From NCBI GenBank assembly GCA_041661745.1, contig JBAZTR010000002.1, positions 68,368 through 132,367 on the forward strand: a stretch of DNA of 64,000 nucleotides. The letters are read 5' to 3'. The translations under genes and the position numbers were made by a program. This document shows positions 31,493-42,360 of the stretch, one piece after another. Position 1 is the first letter of the stretch, and each line of letters opens with the position of its first letter. The notes under the pieces are model-generated. The model was not told where the DNA came from and made no database searches. It worked only from the letters and a program-made list of their open reading frames with translations. Origin of the DNA: Patescibacteria group bacterium (GTDB lineage Bacteria; Patescibacteriota; Patescibacteriia; UBA9934; GWF2-40-263).

Positions 31493-34015
31493 TTAAACCA
31501 CGGCCACACTGGCCACTTTGTCCTTTTCCTCTTTAAAGCGCATAACCCGCACCCCTTGAGTATCGCGGCCAAGAACAGAAACCGAGGTAATGCTGATACG
31601 AATAACCTGTCCGCCGGTGGAAATGACCATAAGGTCACGTTTGTCATCGGCATCAACAATGCGCGCACTGATGACCTTACCGGTTTTGGCCGAAACATGG
31701 GCTGTCCTGATACCAGAACCGCCACGCCCCTGTGTTTTGTATTCATCAATCGGAGTACGTTTGCCCAATCCATTTTCCATAATAACCAAAAGCTGGGCTT
31801 GATCCTTACGTTTGGCCATTTCGGTATTAATTACATCCATGCCAATCACCACATCAGAACCCTTAAGACGAATACCGCGCACCCCAGCCGCTGAACGGCC
31901 CATGGAACGAACACTGTCCTCGTTAAAACGAATTGATTGCCCGGCAGCCGTGACCAATGAAATATCATCTTTGCCGGAAGTTGGTTTAACCCATTCCAAA
32001 TTATCACCGTCGTTTAATTTAATGGCAATCAAACCGTTTTGACGAATGTTTTCAAATTCTTCAATGGCTGTCTTTTTAACAGTTCCTTTACTAGTTATAA
32101 AGAATAAGAATTTGTAAGCATCGTCTTCAGAGAAAGACAGGTACGAAGTGACCGATTCACCCGGCGCCAAGTTAAGGAAGTTAACCAAGGCCTGACCCTT
32201 AGCTGTGCGCGCCGCTTCGGGAATGTCGTAAGCTTTAGTTTTAAAGACACGACCACGATTGGTGAAGAACAAAATATCGCGGTGTGTGGTGGTGGAGAAC
32301 ATTTGTTCAACTTCATCTTCTTCTTTAGTGGTAAGGCCCATGACTCCCTTACCGCCACGAACCTGAGTGCGGAAAGCATCAGGCGAAACCCGTTTGATAT
32401 ATCCGCCACGCGTGATCATGACGACAGTCGCGACATCAGGAATTAAGTCTTCCATGGCAAAGGCCTTAATGCCCTGCTTAACCACCTCAGTGCGACGTTC
32501 GTCGCCATATTTTTCCTTAATTTCTTCGACCTCGTTTTTAACCAGGGTACGGACTTTCTTTTCTGATTTCAAAATCGCTTCCAGTTCGGCAATCAGTTTT
32601 TGTTTTTCTTCCCATTCCTGTTCGATTCTTAAGCGTTCCAAATTGGCCAGCTGTTGCAAGCGCATTTCCAAGATGGCGACCGCTTGCAGTTCGGACAACT
32701 TGAATTTCTTCATCAAGTTAACCCGCGCTTCGTCCTTATCTTTTGATTTTTTAATTGTCTCGATGACTTTGTCGATGTTGAGTAAGGCAATACGTAAGCC
32801 TTCAAGAATATGAGCGCGATCTTTGGCTTTATCAAGCTCGAACTGTGTGCGTCGACGAATAACAACAAAGCGATGTTTTAAAAATTCTTCAATGATTGAT
32901 TTTAAGTTCAAGACCCGCGGCTGAATTCCATCAATCAAGGCCAACATGTTGACGTGAAAAGTTTCTTGCAGCTGCGTTAATTGATACAAGCGGTTCAAAA
33001 CTTTTTTGGGATAAGCATCTTTTTTAAGTTCAATAATAATGCGCACGCCATCATTGGTTGATTCATCCCAAAGATCGCGAATGCCTTCAATTTTTTTATC
33101 GCGCACCAATTCGGCAATTTTTTCCAGAAGCGTCGCTTTATTAACCTGGAAAGGAATTTCTTGAACAATAATCCGCATGTTGCCTTTTTTGTCTTCGGAA
33201 ATCTCGGTCTTGGCGCGAGTCATGATTCCGCCCTTACCTGTGGCATAGGCTTGTTTGATTTCGTTCCAATCGTAAATAATACCACCGGTTGGAAAATCGG
33301 GGCCTTTTACAAATTCTAACAAATCTTCGATGGTGGCTTCGGGGTTATCCAGCAAATGAATTGTGGCATCACAGACCTCGGTTAAGTTATGCGGCGGAAT
33401 GTTGGTAGCCATACCAACGGCAATACCAAGCGTACCGTTGATAAGAAGGTTAGGTGCTTTGGCTGGCAAGACCGACGGTTCCTCGTGGGTACCATCAAAG
33501 TTGGGGTGAAAATCAACGGTATTTTTTTCAATATCAACCAACATTTCTTCAGCCAATGGACGCAGCTTTGATTCAGTGTAACGATAGGCCGCGGCTGAGT
33601 CGCCATCAAGCGAACCAAAGTTACCTTGGCCGTTAATAAGCGGGTAGCGCAACTTAAAATCCTGAGCCATGTGAACCAAGGAATCATAAACCGCCAAGTC
33701 GCCGTGCGGATGATATTTACCAAGTACTTCACCAACCACAGTGGCGCATTTCTTAAAACGCGAATTGGCTCTAAGACCCACTTGCCACATGGAATAAAGA
33801 ATGCGGCGATGCACCGGCTTTAAACCATCACGAACATCGGGCAAAGCGCGACTGACAATAACCGACATGGCGTAATCCAAATACGCGTCGCTCATTTCGT
33901 GACTAATTTCTCGGGCTTCAAGCCGACCGACTAAAGCCGTGTCGCTTAACGGAACCACTTCCTGGTCTTCACCCTTATTCGGCTGATGCTTGATTGTTTT
34001 CTTGAGTTTCGCCAT
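31493..34015 (-). CDS. gyrA: DNA gyrase subunit A
   Basis: [27 protein letters not shown] active-site Tyr region, C-terminal beta-pinwheel repeats. Length 840 aa. Confidence 0.95.
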   Translation of the reverse strand: MAKLKKTIKHQPNKGEDQEVVPLSDTALVGRLEAREISHEMSDAYLDYAMSVIVSRALPDVRDGLKPVHRRILYSMWQVGLRANSRFKKCATVVGEVLGKYHPHGDLAVYDSLVHMAQDFKLRYPLINGQGNFGSLDGDSAAAYRYTESKLRPLAEEMLVDIEKNTVDFHPNFDGTHEEPSVLPAKAPNLLINGTLGIAVGMATNIPPHNLTEVCDATIHLLDNPEATIEDLLEFVKGPDFPTGGIIYDWNEIKQAYATGKGGIMTRAKTEISEDKKGNMRIIVQEIPFQVNKATLLEKIAELVRDKKIEGIRDLWDESTNDGVRIIIELKKDAYPKKVLNRLYQLTQLQETFHVNMLALIDGIQPRVLNLKSIIEEFLKHRFVVIRRRTQFELDKAKDRAHILEGLRIALLNIDKVIETIKKSKDKDEARVNLMKKFKLSELQAVAILEMRLQQLANLERLRIEQEWEEKQKLIAELEAILKSEKKVRTLVKNEVEEIKEKYGDERRTEVVKQGIKAFAMEDLIPDVATVVMITRGGYIKRVSPDAFRTQVRGGKGVMGLTTKEEDEVEQMFSTTTHRDILFFTNRGRVFKTKAYDIPEAARTAKGQALVNFLNLAPGESVTSYLSFSEDDAYKFLFFITSKGTVKKTAIEEFENIRQNGLIAIKLNDGDNLEWVKPTSGKDDISLVTAAGQSIRFNEDSVRSMGRSAAGVRGIRLKGSDVVIGMDVINTEMAKRKDQAQLLVIMENGLGKRTPIDEYKTQGRGGSGIRTAHVSAKTGKVISARIVDADDKRDLMVISTGGQVIRISITSVSVLGRDTQGVRVMRFKEEKDKVASVAVV

Positions 34016-34367
34016 ATTGATTTTCTAAATTTTCTTTCATGATTTCGCCCACTATATTGGAGGCTTCTTTTCTTTGTTCAGTGGCCTCGCCCAAGACCTC
34101 GACAGCATCGCCAATAACTGGGGTGACTTCACTGACCGGTTCTTGCAAACCACTTTTTAAATCAGAACCAATGTCTTGCATACCGTTTTTTATTTCAGAC
34201 ATCTGGGTCAGAGTATTCTTTGACGAAAGGTTAAGATTAGCCCAACTCTTTTTAAAAGAAAAAAACCATCCAACCAACGCCAAACAGATAGTCAGTCCAA
34301 CACTGACGTAAAAAACAGTTTGGCGATTGGCAGGTAGTTTATTGATTCGCATATCACGCCCGCTCAA
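33975..34367 (-). CDS. Small membrane protein, hypothetical (1 TM helix)
   Basis: TM helix VFYVSVGLTICLALVGWFF. Overlaps the gyrA start by about 40 nt, operonic. Confidence 0.35.
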   Translation of the reverse strand: MSGRDMRINKLPANRQTVFYVSVGLTICLALVGWFFSFKKSWANLNLSSKNTLTQMSEIKNGMQDIGSDLKSGLQEPVSEVTPVIGDAVEVLGEATEQRKEASNIVGEIMKENLENQYGETQENNQASAE

Positions 34368-34998
34368 GAGTCATAATCAACATATCTTCTTCTGGCAAAT
34401 CGCGTTTGGTGACCTTGTATTTATTTGTAGTCTCTCGCTGGCAGACTCCCAAGGCTTTACAGAAAGCATCGGCTGTTCCCAAATTTTCTTTTAACCCTTC
34501 AACTGAATGTGTCATGGGAATAACCACGCGCGGCTCAAGCTGTTCAATAACTTCCGAGGCAAGCTTGGGTGAAAGAACCCGCCCACCGCCAGCCGGAATC
34601 ATCAAAATATCGATATTTTTAAGTTCAGCCAACTCGTCGTCAGTCAAAACGCGATTTAAGGCCCCAAGATGCGCTAAATGAACGCCTTCAATTTCAAAAC
34701 GAAAGATGCGATGATCTTCCATTCCCTTTTCGGCCAAAGGCGCCGAAATGGAATAAACGAAAACACCTTTAACCTCGTATTCACCGGGGGTATTAACAAC
34801 AAACGGTTTGCCCTGAATAGCCTCGGTGTTGTTAGCGTCAGCTTCGTCATGACTGACAGCAACCAAATCAGCAGTCAAAGTCCGGGGGAAACGTAAACCG
34901 GTTTCGTTAACATACGGATCAGTGACCAAAGTCACTTCCCCGGCCGGGGTTTTGGTGGTGATTTCAAAGCTCGAAAGTCCGTGCCAAGAGATGTTCAT
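34354..34998 (-). CDS. Metallo-beta-lactamase-fold hydrolase (UPF0173-like)
   Basis: Start at internal ATG MNISWHGLSSFEI; SHDEADAN and HLAHLG motifs. The upstream part of the track ORF is K/R-rich and non-coding-like. Confidence 0.5.
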   Translation of the reverse strand: MNISWHGLSSFEITTKTPAGEVTLVTDPYVNETGLRFPRTLTADLVAVSHDEADANNTEAIQGKPFVVNTPGEYEVKGVFVYSISAPLAEKGMEDHRIFRFEIEGVHLAHLGALNRVLTDDELAELKNIDILMIPAGGGRVLSPKLASEVIEQLEPRVVIPMTHSVEGLKENLGTADAFCKALGVCQRETTNKYKVTKRDLPEEDMLIMTLERA

Positions 34999-35104
34999 AA
35001 AGTAAAAAGTTACGCGTCCAGTATAGCACGTGGGGGCAGTTTGGACAAGCGGAAAATGGGTAAAAAAACAGGCCACGAGAGTGGCCTGTTTTGATCTTTT
35101 TTCC

Positions 35105-35779
35105 TTATTCCTCCCCAAATACCCCTTGCCAATATTCGATTTCTTTTTTAACTGTTTCCAATTTTGGATCAGGCATAGTAACGAGCCATCCTTCCTCAAA
35201 GTTTTTAACCTTATCCAAAATTTCCGCCTCCCATTTTTTATCATGACTGGCCAAAGCTCGCAGAATATCAATTTGTTTCTGAATCTCATCACGTTGTCCC
35301 TCGTACTTCTTTACCAACTTGTCGTACTTGGGCAGATCTTTTTCGCTTAATTCTTTCATTTCTTCCTTAACATGCTCTTCAGCATCCATGAAACCATCTT
35401 CAATCTGATATTTTTCATCAGCATTAAACTGCTCTTCAAACATTTTACTGCGAGTAATTTCTTCGATATTGGCACCCGAGGCTAGAATATCCTCCAACTT
35501 CTTTTTCACGGCATCATCAACGTGTTCCAAAACATGTTCTTTGAGTTTCTCGAGCTTGGTCAGGCCGGTCAGTTCGTTATAGGCGTAGCGATACGGATAT
35601 TCAGCTTTACCGGTGGTAGCCATGGCCTCAGAAATTCTTTTTTCATCAGTATTCGGATCAGTCAAAAGAGCCTCGCATGTTTTTTGCGCTTCGGCCTTAA
35701 TTTCGGCTGGCACGGTTGGTGCCAAATGGTTAATGGCGTATTGGTACTCTTTTAAGATGTATTCATGGGGGTGAGACAT
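35105..35779 (-). CDS. Hypothetical acidic coiled-coil protein
   Basis: Start at internal ATG MSHPHEYILKEY. Pyrimidine-rich leader aacacccacccctct immediately upstream. Confidence 0.4.
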   Translation of the reverse strand: MSHPHEYILKEYQYAINHLAPTVPAEIKAEAQKTCEALLTDPNTDEKRISEAMATTGKAEYPYRYAYNELTGLTKLEKLKEHVLEHVDDAVKKKLEDILASGANIEEITRSKMFEEQFNADEKYQIEDGFMDAEEHVKEEMKELSEKDLPKYDKLVKKYEGQRDEIQKQIDILRALASHDKKWEAEILDKVKNFEEGWLVTMPDPKLETVKKEIEYWQGVFGEE

Positions 35780-35828
35780 AGAGGGGTGGGTGTTAAATCT
35801 AAGGATAGAGTACCAATAAATCGGAATC

Positions 35829-35857
35829 TTGCCAAAAATCCGCCCTTCGGCTATACT
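35829..35857 (+). promoter_or_regulatory. Candidate rpsA promoter (TTGCCA-17-TATACT) followed by a structured leader of about 110 nt
   Basis: cTTGCCAaaaatccgcccttcggcTATACTttcc. The leader contains CTAC motifs and the hairpin GGCCAAACCTGGGGCC. Confidence 0.5.
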
Positions 35858-35968
35858 TTCCACACCCTTCCTACGCTCGAGGCGAGCTACGGAGGGCACG
35901 CCTTTTAATTATTAGTCCCGTTGGGCCAAACCTGGGGCCACCCAGACTCACGCCTACCGGAAAATCAT

Positions 35969-37129
35969 ATGGCTTTAAAGAAGCCCGAAAACGTAAATAG
36001 TGAATTGGGAAAACTGCTCGCTGATGGCGGGTATTTAAAGATCCCAAAAGTTGCCGATGTGGTGCGTGGCAAGGTCTTGTCGACCAACCGCCGCGAAGTC
36101 CGTTTGGACATTGAAGGCATGACCTCAGGCGTTATTCGCGGTCGCGAATTGTTCGCCGAATCAGCTTTCTACGATAATTTAAAAATTGGTGATGAAGTCG
36201 ACGCGACCGTTCTTGAGCTTGAGAACGAAAACGGCGACATGGAACTTTCCTTTCGTTCGGCCGGCCAACAAAAGGCCTGGGACGAATTGCGTCGTTTGTT
36301 CACCACTAGTGAAATCGTTCCAGCTAAAGTTGTTGAAGCTAACAAAGGTGGTCTCCTCATGCGCATCGGTCATGTCACTGGTTTCTTGCCAGTGTCGCAG
36401 CTCTCGCCCGAACACTATCCGCGAGTTTCCGGTGGCGACAAAAATAAAATTTTAGAAAAACTTCGTTCGTATGTCGGCACCGACATGGACGTTCGAGTAA
36501 TCGATGTCAACGAAAACGAAGAAAAATTAATTGTCTCGGAAAAATCAGTTTGGGAAGAACGTCAAAAAGATTTGATCTCGCGTTATCGCGTTGGCGATAA
36601 GGTTATGGGTGAAATCACCGCCTTGGCCGACTTCGGCGCCTTTGTTCGCTTTGATACTTTGGAAGGCTTGGTCCATATCAGCGAAATTGCTTGGCAGCGT
36701 ATCGATCATCCTCGTGATTTATTGAAGGTTGGCCAACAAGTCGAAGCCGAAATCATCGGCATCGAAGGCAGCAAAATTTTCCTCTCCATGAAAAAGTTAG
36801 TTGATGACCCATGGAAGCGCATTCAAGAGGAATACAAAATTGGCGATACCGTTAAAGGAAAGGTTTTGAAGATTAATCCGTTCGGCTTCTTTGTTGAGCT
36901 GACTCCGGAAATCCATGGCTTGGCCCATGTCTCTGAACTTTCCAACCAGCCGAATATTGATCCCACCACCTTGGGTAAAATCGGCGATGAAATGGAATTC
37001 AAAGTCGTCTCGATTGAACCAAAAGAACATCGTCTTGGACTCTCCCTCAAAGCTATGACCGAACCGGAAGTTAAAACAGAAGAAGTTAAAGCTCCTGAAG
37101 AAACCAAGGAAGAAGTCAAAGCCGAATAA
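35969..37129 (+). CDS. rpsA: 30S ribosomal protein S1 (4 S1 domains)
   Basis: Repeated S1 OB-fold modules (GDEVDATVLELE, GDKVMGEITALADFGAFV, GDTVKGKVLKINPFGFFVEL). Start at internal Met MALKKPENV. Confidence 0.8.
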   Translation: MALKKPENVNSELGKLLADGGYLKIPKVADVVRGKVLSTNRREVRLDIEGMTSGVIRGRELFAESAFYDNLKIGDEVDATVLELENENGDMELSFRSAGQQKAWDELRRLFTTSEIVPAKVVEANKGGLLMRIGHVTGFLPVSQLSPEHYPRVSGGDKNKILEKLRSYVGTDMDVRVIDVNENEEKLIVSEKSVWEERQKDLISRYRVGDKVMGEITALADFGAFVRFDTLEGLVHISEIAWQRIDHPRDLLKVGQQVEAEIIGIEGSKIFLSMKKLVDDPWKRIQEEYKIGDTVKGKVLKINPFGFFVELTPEIHGLAHVSELSNQPNIDPTTLGKIGDEMEFKVVSIEPKEHRLGLSLKAMTEPEVKTEEVKAPEETKEEVKAE

Positions 37130-37134
37130 TCAAA

Positions 37135-37167
37135 CAAAAAAGCAGGGCTAACGGCCCTGCTTTTTGG
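37135..37167 (+). terminator. Intrinsic terminator after rpsA
   Basis: aaaaaaGCAGGGCtaacGGCCCTGCtttttgg. Confidence 0.75.
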
Positions 37168-37169
37168 TC

Positions 37170-37197
37170 TTGAAAAATCCAGCCGGTCGTGTATAAT
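37170..37197 (+). promoter_or_regulatory. Near-consensus promoter of ftsH (TTGAAA-16-TATAAT); predicts an essentially leaderless transcript
   Basis: cTTGAAAaatccagccggtcgtgTATAATttcttcgttATG. The -10 ends 9 nt before the ATG at 37207. Confidence 0.55.
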
Positions 37198-37206
37198 TTC
37201 TTCGTT

Positions 37207-39015
37207 ATGAAACCATTATCAAAAAACTTCATTCTCTTTATTTTAGTCCTATTGGTCATTGGGGCCATTTTCTCGACCTATAGTCTAAAAACCGATAAGC
37301 CAACCGAAGTCGGACTCAACACTTTGGTTGAGCAGGTGGCTAGTGGCCAAGTTCAATCGTTGGCCATATCCGGCAACGAAGTTGAAATTACTTTAAAAGA
37401 CGGCACCTTAGAAAAAACTACTAAGGAAGCCGACTTGTCGTTGACCGAACTTTTCGCTACCTACAATCTTGATCCGGCTGTGGTCGCGGCCGTGGACATG
37501 CAAATCGAAAACGAAAGCGGTAGTGGAATTTTTTGGGGGGTCATTATTCCTACTCTCTTACCAATTCTTCTTATCACTCTGCTCTTTTGGTTCATGATTC
37601 GCCAAATGCAAGGGGCCAACAACAAAGCCATGATGTTTGGTCAGGCCGGGGCGCGCGAATTTTCTAAGGATGCTAAAAATAAAGTTTCTTTCAAAGATGT
37701 TGCCGGAGCGCGTGAAGCTAAGGAAGAGTTAATGGAAGAAGTCGATTTCTTAAAAAATCCAAAAAAGTTTATTGACCTCGGAGCGAAAATTCCGAAAGGG
37801 GTTTTGCTCATGGGTCCGCCGGGCACTGGTAAAACTTTAATGGCTCGCGCGGTGGCCGGTGAAGCCGGTGTTCCCTTCTACCACATCAGCGGTTCGGAAT
37901 TTGTGGAAATGTTCGTTGGTGTTGGTGCCGCTCGGGTGCGTGATTTGTTTGCCAAAGCAAAAAAGAACGCTCCGTGCATTATCTTTATTGATGAAATTGA
38001 TGCTGTCGGTCGACAACGTGGAGCTGGCCTTGGTGGCAGTCACGATGAACGCGAACAAACTTTAAACCAAATCTTAGTGGAAATGGATGGCTTCGAACCA
38101 AACCTTGGGGTCATTATTATTGCCGCCACCAACCGCCCCGATGTTCTTGATCCGGCCTTACTACGCCCAGGTCGTTTCGATCGTCGCGTTATTTTGGATA
38201 TGCCGGACATTGGCGAACGCGAGGAAATATTAAAAATTCACGCTAACGGCAAGCCGCTTGAAGCCGATATCAATGTTCGCCGCGTGGCCGAGCGCACCCC
38301 GGGCTTTTCCGGAGCTGATTTGTCCAACGTTTTAAACGAGGCAGCCATTCGCGCGGCTCGTAACAACCAGACGATTATTACTTTGATCGATGTTTTAGAG
38401 TCAATTGAAAAGGTTTTGCTGGGACCAGAACGCAAAAGCTTTATTCTACTTCCCAAGGAACGGGAAATCACTGCTTATCACGAAGCTGGCCATGCCTTGG
38501 TAGCCCATATTTTGCCGCACGCTGATCCGGTTCATAAAGTTTCCATCATTAGCCGTGGTCGCGCCGCTGGTTACACTATTAAACTCCCGAGCGAAGACAA
38601 AAAAATGCACAGCAAGTCTGAATTTCTCGACGACATTGCCGTCTTCTTGGCCGGCCACTTGGTGGAACAAGAAATTTTTGGTGATGTTACCACCGGTGCT
38701 TCCGATGATTTACGCAAAGCCACCGGCTTGGCTCGCGAACTCGTCACCTCTTACGGCATGAGTGATCTTGGCACACGTACCTTTGGTGACAAGGATGAAA
38801 TGATTTTCCTTGGCCGTGAAATTCACGAGGCCCGAGATTATTCCGAAAAAACCGCCGAGGCTATTGATAACGAAGTAAACAACATCATTACTCGCGCTCA
38901 CGGCGTGGCTTGTGATATCATTAGTAAAGAACGCGCCAAACTTGATTTGATTGCTAAGACGCTTTTGGAAAAAGAAACAATTGAAAAAGACGAGTTTGAA
39001 GCGTTAATGAAATAA
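37207..39015 (+). CDS. ftsH: ATP-dependent zinc metalloprotease FtsH
   Basis: Two N-terminal TM helices, AAA+ Walker [17 protein letters not shown] zinc motif. Confidence 0.9.
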   Translation: MKPLSKNFILFILVLLVIGAIFSTYSLKTDKPTEVGLNTLVEQVASGQVQSLAISGNEVEITLKDGTLEKTTKEADLSLTELFATYNLDPAVVAAVDMQIENESGSGIFWGVIIPTLLPILLITLLFWFMIRQMQGANNKAMMFGQAGAREFSKDAKNKVSFKDVAGAREAKEELMEEVDFLKNPKKFIDLGAKIPKGVLLMGPPGTGKTLMARAVAGEAGVPFYHISGSEFVEMFVGVGAARVRDLFAKAKKNAPCIIFIDEIDAVGRQRGAGLGGSHDEREQTLNQILVEMDGFEPNLGVIIIAATNRPDVLDPALLRPGRFDRRVILDMPDIGEREEILKIHANGKPLEADINVRRVAERTPGFSGADLSNVLNEAAIRAARNNQTIITLIDVLESIEKVLLGPERKSFILLPKEREITAYHEAGHALVAHILPHADPVHKVSIISRGRAAGYTIKLPSEDKKMHSKSEFLDDIAVFLAGHLVEQEIFGDVTTGASDDLRKATGLARELVTSYGMSDLGTRTFGDKDEMIFLGREIHEARDYSEKTAEAIDNEVNNIITRAHGVACDIISKERAKLDLIAKTLLEKETIEKDEFEALMK

Positions 39016-39031
39016 AAGACCAAAGGAGGAT

Positions 39032-39994
39032 ATGTCAAAACCAATTTATCGCCCGCTATTTTTAGAGGCCTGGAAAAAATCCTGGCACCACAAACGTTTG
39101 TGGGTCTTGGGAATTTTTGCCACGATTATGGCTTCCGGCGGGCTTTTTGAATCCATTTTTGGCAATTGGCAAACTGCTTTAAAAGGCCGAGAAATGTTGG
39201 AGCAATGTATTAATGGCACTCTCCCGGGTTATCAATGGTTGGTTTCTTATAGTCGTTACTTATCAATGCTTGAACCAAGGCAACAGTACACAATATCAGC
39301 CGTTGTTATTTTGCTTCTGCTTGGTCTAATCTCTTTAGGTGCTTTGGCTCAAGGAGCGATTTTGGTTGGTGGGCTAGAAAAACATTCCCTTAGTTTCCGC
39401 GAACTCCTCAAAAAAAGCTATCATTTTTTCTGGCGCATTCTTGGAATTGATATTATCGGCAAAATCGGCCTGGCCCTACTTTTTATTATTACCGTGGCCC
39501 CGGTCGCTTTCCTAAATCCTCTACCGTACGGTTGGCATCAATATCCGCCAATCATTTCCTTAGCTGTTTTCTTAGTTGGAATGATTGCTGTCACGACATT
39601 ACAAATGCTTTCCCTGGTCGGAGTCGTTAGAAAACATCTGAATATTTCCGGGGCTATCCACGAGGCTTGGGATATCTTCCGTTTTCATGTCGTCGTAACA
39701 CTTGAACTGGGGATTCTGCTTTTTATCACTTCCTTCCTCGCAACTTTGGTTACCATGGCTTTGCTGTTTATCTTATCCATACCGCTCATACTGTTATTTG
39801 TTATAGCAACCATCCTCGGCTCAGCCGGTTTCTATCTGCTTTCCATCTTTGCTTCCATTGTCATCGTTGTCGCCATTATCCTTCTTGCCTCGGGACTTCT
39901 TACAACCTTTCAATACACGGTTTGGTCTTTATATTTTGAAGAAGCCGGCCGTTTCGGAATTATTCCAAAAATTAAAAGATGGTTTAAAAAATAA
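39032..39994 (+). CDS. Polytopic membrane protein, hypothetical
   Basis: GGAGG Shine-Dalgarno upstream. At least 6 predicted TM helices. No recognisable family. Confidence 0.45.
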   Translation: MSKPIYRPLFLEAWKKSWHHKRLWVLGIFATIMASGGLFESIFGNWQTALKGREMLEQCINGTLPGYQWLVSYSRYLSMLEPRQQYTISAVVILLLLGLISLGALAQGAILVGGLEKHSLSFRELLKKSYHFFWRILGIDIIGKIGLALLFIITVAPVAFLNPLPYGWHQYPPIISLAVFLVGMIAVTTLQMLSLVGVVRKHLNISGAIHEAWDIFRFHVVVTLELGILLFITSFLATLVTMALLFILSIPLILLFVIATILGSAGFYLLSIFASIVIVVAIILLASGLLTTFQYTVWSLYFEEAGRFGIIPKIKRWFKK

Positions 39995-40007
39995 TCAACT
40001 GTTTGAA

Positions 40008-40036
40008 AACACCGGATAAAAAGCCGGTGTTTTTAT
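40008..40036 (+). terminator. Intrinsic terminator
   Basis: aaAACACCGGataaaaaGCCGGTGTTttt. Confidence 0.7.
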
Positions 40037-40121
40037 TTCTATCCTCTTAACCGCCTTTAACCTCCCGTGCTATACTAGAACCACGCTCGCTCTCGTCTTT
40101 CAGACTTCGGCGAGATAAAAT

Positions 40122-41885
40122 ATGTCGGACTTACCATCAATTGAAGACTTATTAAAAAAGAAACCCTCGCCTGCTTCCTTGCCCGTGGCCAGTGCCACCT
40201 TCGCCCCAGCCGCCTCAACGGCGCCCGCAGCCGCGGCCCCGGCCTCAGATTTAGAAGAAAAAATGAAGGAAGTTCGTTTAAAGGAAAAGGAAGATGAAGC
40301 GCAAGGAAAAGCGCGCGACCTTGGCGTATCTTTCGTTAACCTAAAAGGCTTCCCGATCAGCCCGGAAGCTTTGTCTTTGATTCCTCGCGAGCAAGCGGAA
40401 AAATTAAAAGTTGTCTGTTTTTTACACACTGGTCCGGAAATTCGTTTGGCTGCTCTGGAACCAAAAAGCGAAGGGGTCCAAGAGTTGGCCTTTCAGTTAG
40501 CTGAACGTTATAAAGCCAACAGTGTGGTCTATCAGGTCTCCGAGGAAAGCATGCGCTTGGCCATGAAGGCTTACGATTCCCTGCCGAAATTTAAACCGAT
40601 TGTTAAAGGGGTAAAAATAACTGATACCGAATTAGCCAAGTTTCAAGCGGCCATGACCACCTTTGCTGATATTCAAAAAACTATTCAGAACGCTTCGGTT
40701 ACCGATATTTTAACCATCGTTGTGGCCGCTGCCCTTAAATTTGATTCCAGCGACATTCATATTGAGGCTGAGGAAAATAAAATCGTTGTGCGTTATCGCC
40801 TGGACGGCGTTTTACAGGATGTCGCCGATCTGCCACACGAAGAATGGAAAAAAATTATCTCGCGTATTAAATTGATCTCTGGTTTAAAAATTAATATTGT
40901 CGAACGTCCGCAGGATGGCCGTTTCACAATTTTTATCAAAGATGGCGACACCGACGTTCGTGTTTCCACCATTCCCACCAACTGGGGCGAATCAGTGGTT
41001 ATGCGTCTCTTGAAACCGGAATCGATTGATGTTTCTTTCTCACAACTCGGCTGGCGACCAATCTTGGAAAAAAAGATTTTGCGTGAAATCGAAAAGCCGC
41101 ATGGCATGATTGTCACCACCGGTCCGACCGGCTCTGGTAAAACCACGACTCTTTACGCTATTCTTAAAAAATTAAATAAGTCCGATGTAAAAATCATCAC
41201 TTTGGAAGATCCGATCGAATACAAAATCGAAGGTCTAAACCAATCACAAATTGATGCCTCAAAAAATTACACTTTTGCCGCCGGTCTCCGTTCTATTCTT
41301 CGCCAAGATCCGGACATTATCATGGTCGGCGAAATTCGCGACCTGGAAACAGCCGACACAGCCATCAACGCCGCCCTTACCGGGCACCTTCTTCTTTCCA
41401 CTATCCATACCAACTCCGCTTCCGGGGCTTTGCCGCGTTTTATTTCCATGGGAGTCAAACCATTTTTACTTGCCCCGGCCCTAAACGCAATTGTCGGCCA
41501 ACGCTTGGTACGCAAGGTTTGCGAAAAATGTAAAACCAATGACGCTTTGACACCAGAACGATTGGAAGAAGTTAAAAAAATACTTGGCGTTATTTCTCCG
41601 ACTTCGGGTGAAGCTATTCCCGACCTAAATAATCTAAAATTTTATAAAGGAACCGGTTGTGAAGAATGTAACAACACTGGTTACAAAGGTCGCATCGGTA
41701 TTTATGAAGTTATTTTAATGGATGATACGGTTCGTGCTTCCCTTTCAGAAAATATCTCCGAATATGAAGCGCAAAAACTAGCCTTGGCTCAAGGTATGGT
41801 CACCATGTCGCAAGACGGTTTACTTAAAGCCCTTGATGGCATTACTGATGTGGCCGAGGTGTTCCGGGTAACTGGCGGCACATAA
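40122..41885 (+). CDS. pilB: Type IV pilus assembly / type II secretion ATPase (PilB/GspE family)
   Basis: N1 domain, Walker A GPTGSGKTTT, Asp box, Walker B and His box, tetracysteine motif CEKC...CEEC. The Ala/Pro-rich low-complexity N-terminus is GC-rich. Confidence 0.85.
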   Translation: MSDLPSIEDLLKKKPSPASLPVASATFAPAASTAPAAAAPASDLEEKMKEVRLKEKEDEAQGKARDLGVSFVNLKGFPISPEALSLIPREQAEKLKVVCFLHTGPEIRLAALEPKSEGVQELAFQLAERYKANSVVYQVSEESMRLAMKAYDSLPKFKPIVKGVKITDTELAKFQAAMTTFADIQKTIQNASVTDILTIVVAAALKFDSSDIHIEAEENKIVVRYRLDGVLQDVADLPHEEWKKIISRIKLISGLKINIVERPQDGRFTIFIKDGDTDVRVSTIPTNWGESVVMRLLKPESIDVSFSQLGWRPILEKKILREIEKPHGMIVTTGPTGSGKTTTLYAILKKLNKSDVKIITLEDPIEYKIEGLNQSQIDASKNYTFAAGLRSILRQDPDIIMVGEIRDLETADTAINAALTGHLLLSTIHTNSASGALPRFISMGVKPFLLAPALNAIVGQRLVRKVCEKCKTNDALTPERLEEVKKILGVISPTSGEAIPDLNNLKFYKGTGCEECNNTGYKGRIGIYEVILMDDTVRASLSENISEYEAQKLALAQGMVTMSQDGLLKALDGITDVAEVFRVTGGT

Positions 41886-41895
41886 TTTTACAACC

Positions 41896-41932
41896 AAAAA
41901 ATACCTGCCGCATGGCAGGTATTTTATTTTTT
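41896..41932. terminator. Bidirectional terminator between pilB (+) and tsaE (-)
   Basis: aaaaaATACCTGCCgcatGGCAGGTATtttatttttt. Confidence 0.7.
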
Positions 41933-41933
41933 A

Positions 41934-42360
41934 TTATTCGATAGTGATGATACGCTCGGTTTCTGTGCTACCAGTTTCAAATCTTACTACTCGATCGGTT
42001 TTAATTTCCGCTTCTTCGACCATTCCCGGCCACTCGATTAACACAATTGAGTCCGGCCGACCGACCCACTCCTCCAAACCAAGATTTAATAAATCGTCCG
42101 GCGTGCGCAAACGATAGGCGTCGACGTGAACGATTTTTTTTATATGGTCATGAGTGGCTGGATAAACATTCATTACCGTAAAGGTCGGGCTGCGCGCCAA
42201 CCCCTCGGCTCCAAAGGCCACGGCCAGACCTTGAACAAAGGTTGTTTTGCCAGCCCCTATTTCGCCCTCAAGAGCAACAACTTCACCACCCTTAAGAGTG
42301 GCCGCAAATTCCGCGGCAATAATCTTGGTCTGTTCAAGTGATTCGGACTTGTATTCCATA
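41934..42360 (-). CDS. tsaE: tRNA threonylcarbamoyladenosine biosynthesis protein TsaE (P-loop ATPase)
   Basis: GEIGAGKTTF Walker A. ATG immediately abuts the tsaD TAG stop. My reading of the printed sequence and the ORF-track frame disagree by 1 nt near 42300-42360, so coordinates carry about 1 nt uncertainty. Confidence 0.7.

Noticed and set aside
35764-35790. Possible remnant of the palindromic element at the start of the 35105-35779 gene (cacccacccctctATGtctcaccccc)
   Set aside because: It resembles only the CCTCACCCC terminus and lacks the palindromic core. It is equally consistent with the general pyrimidine-rich leader motif.
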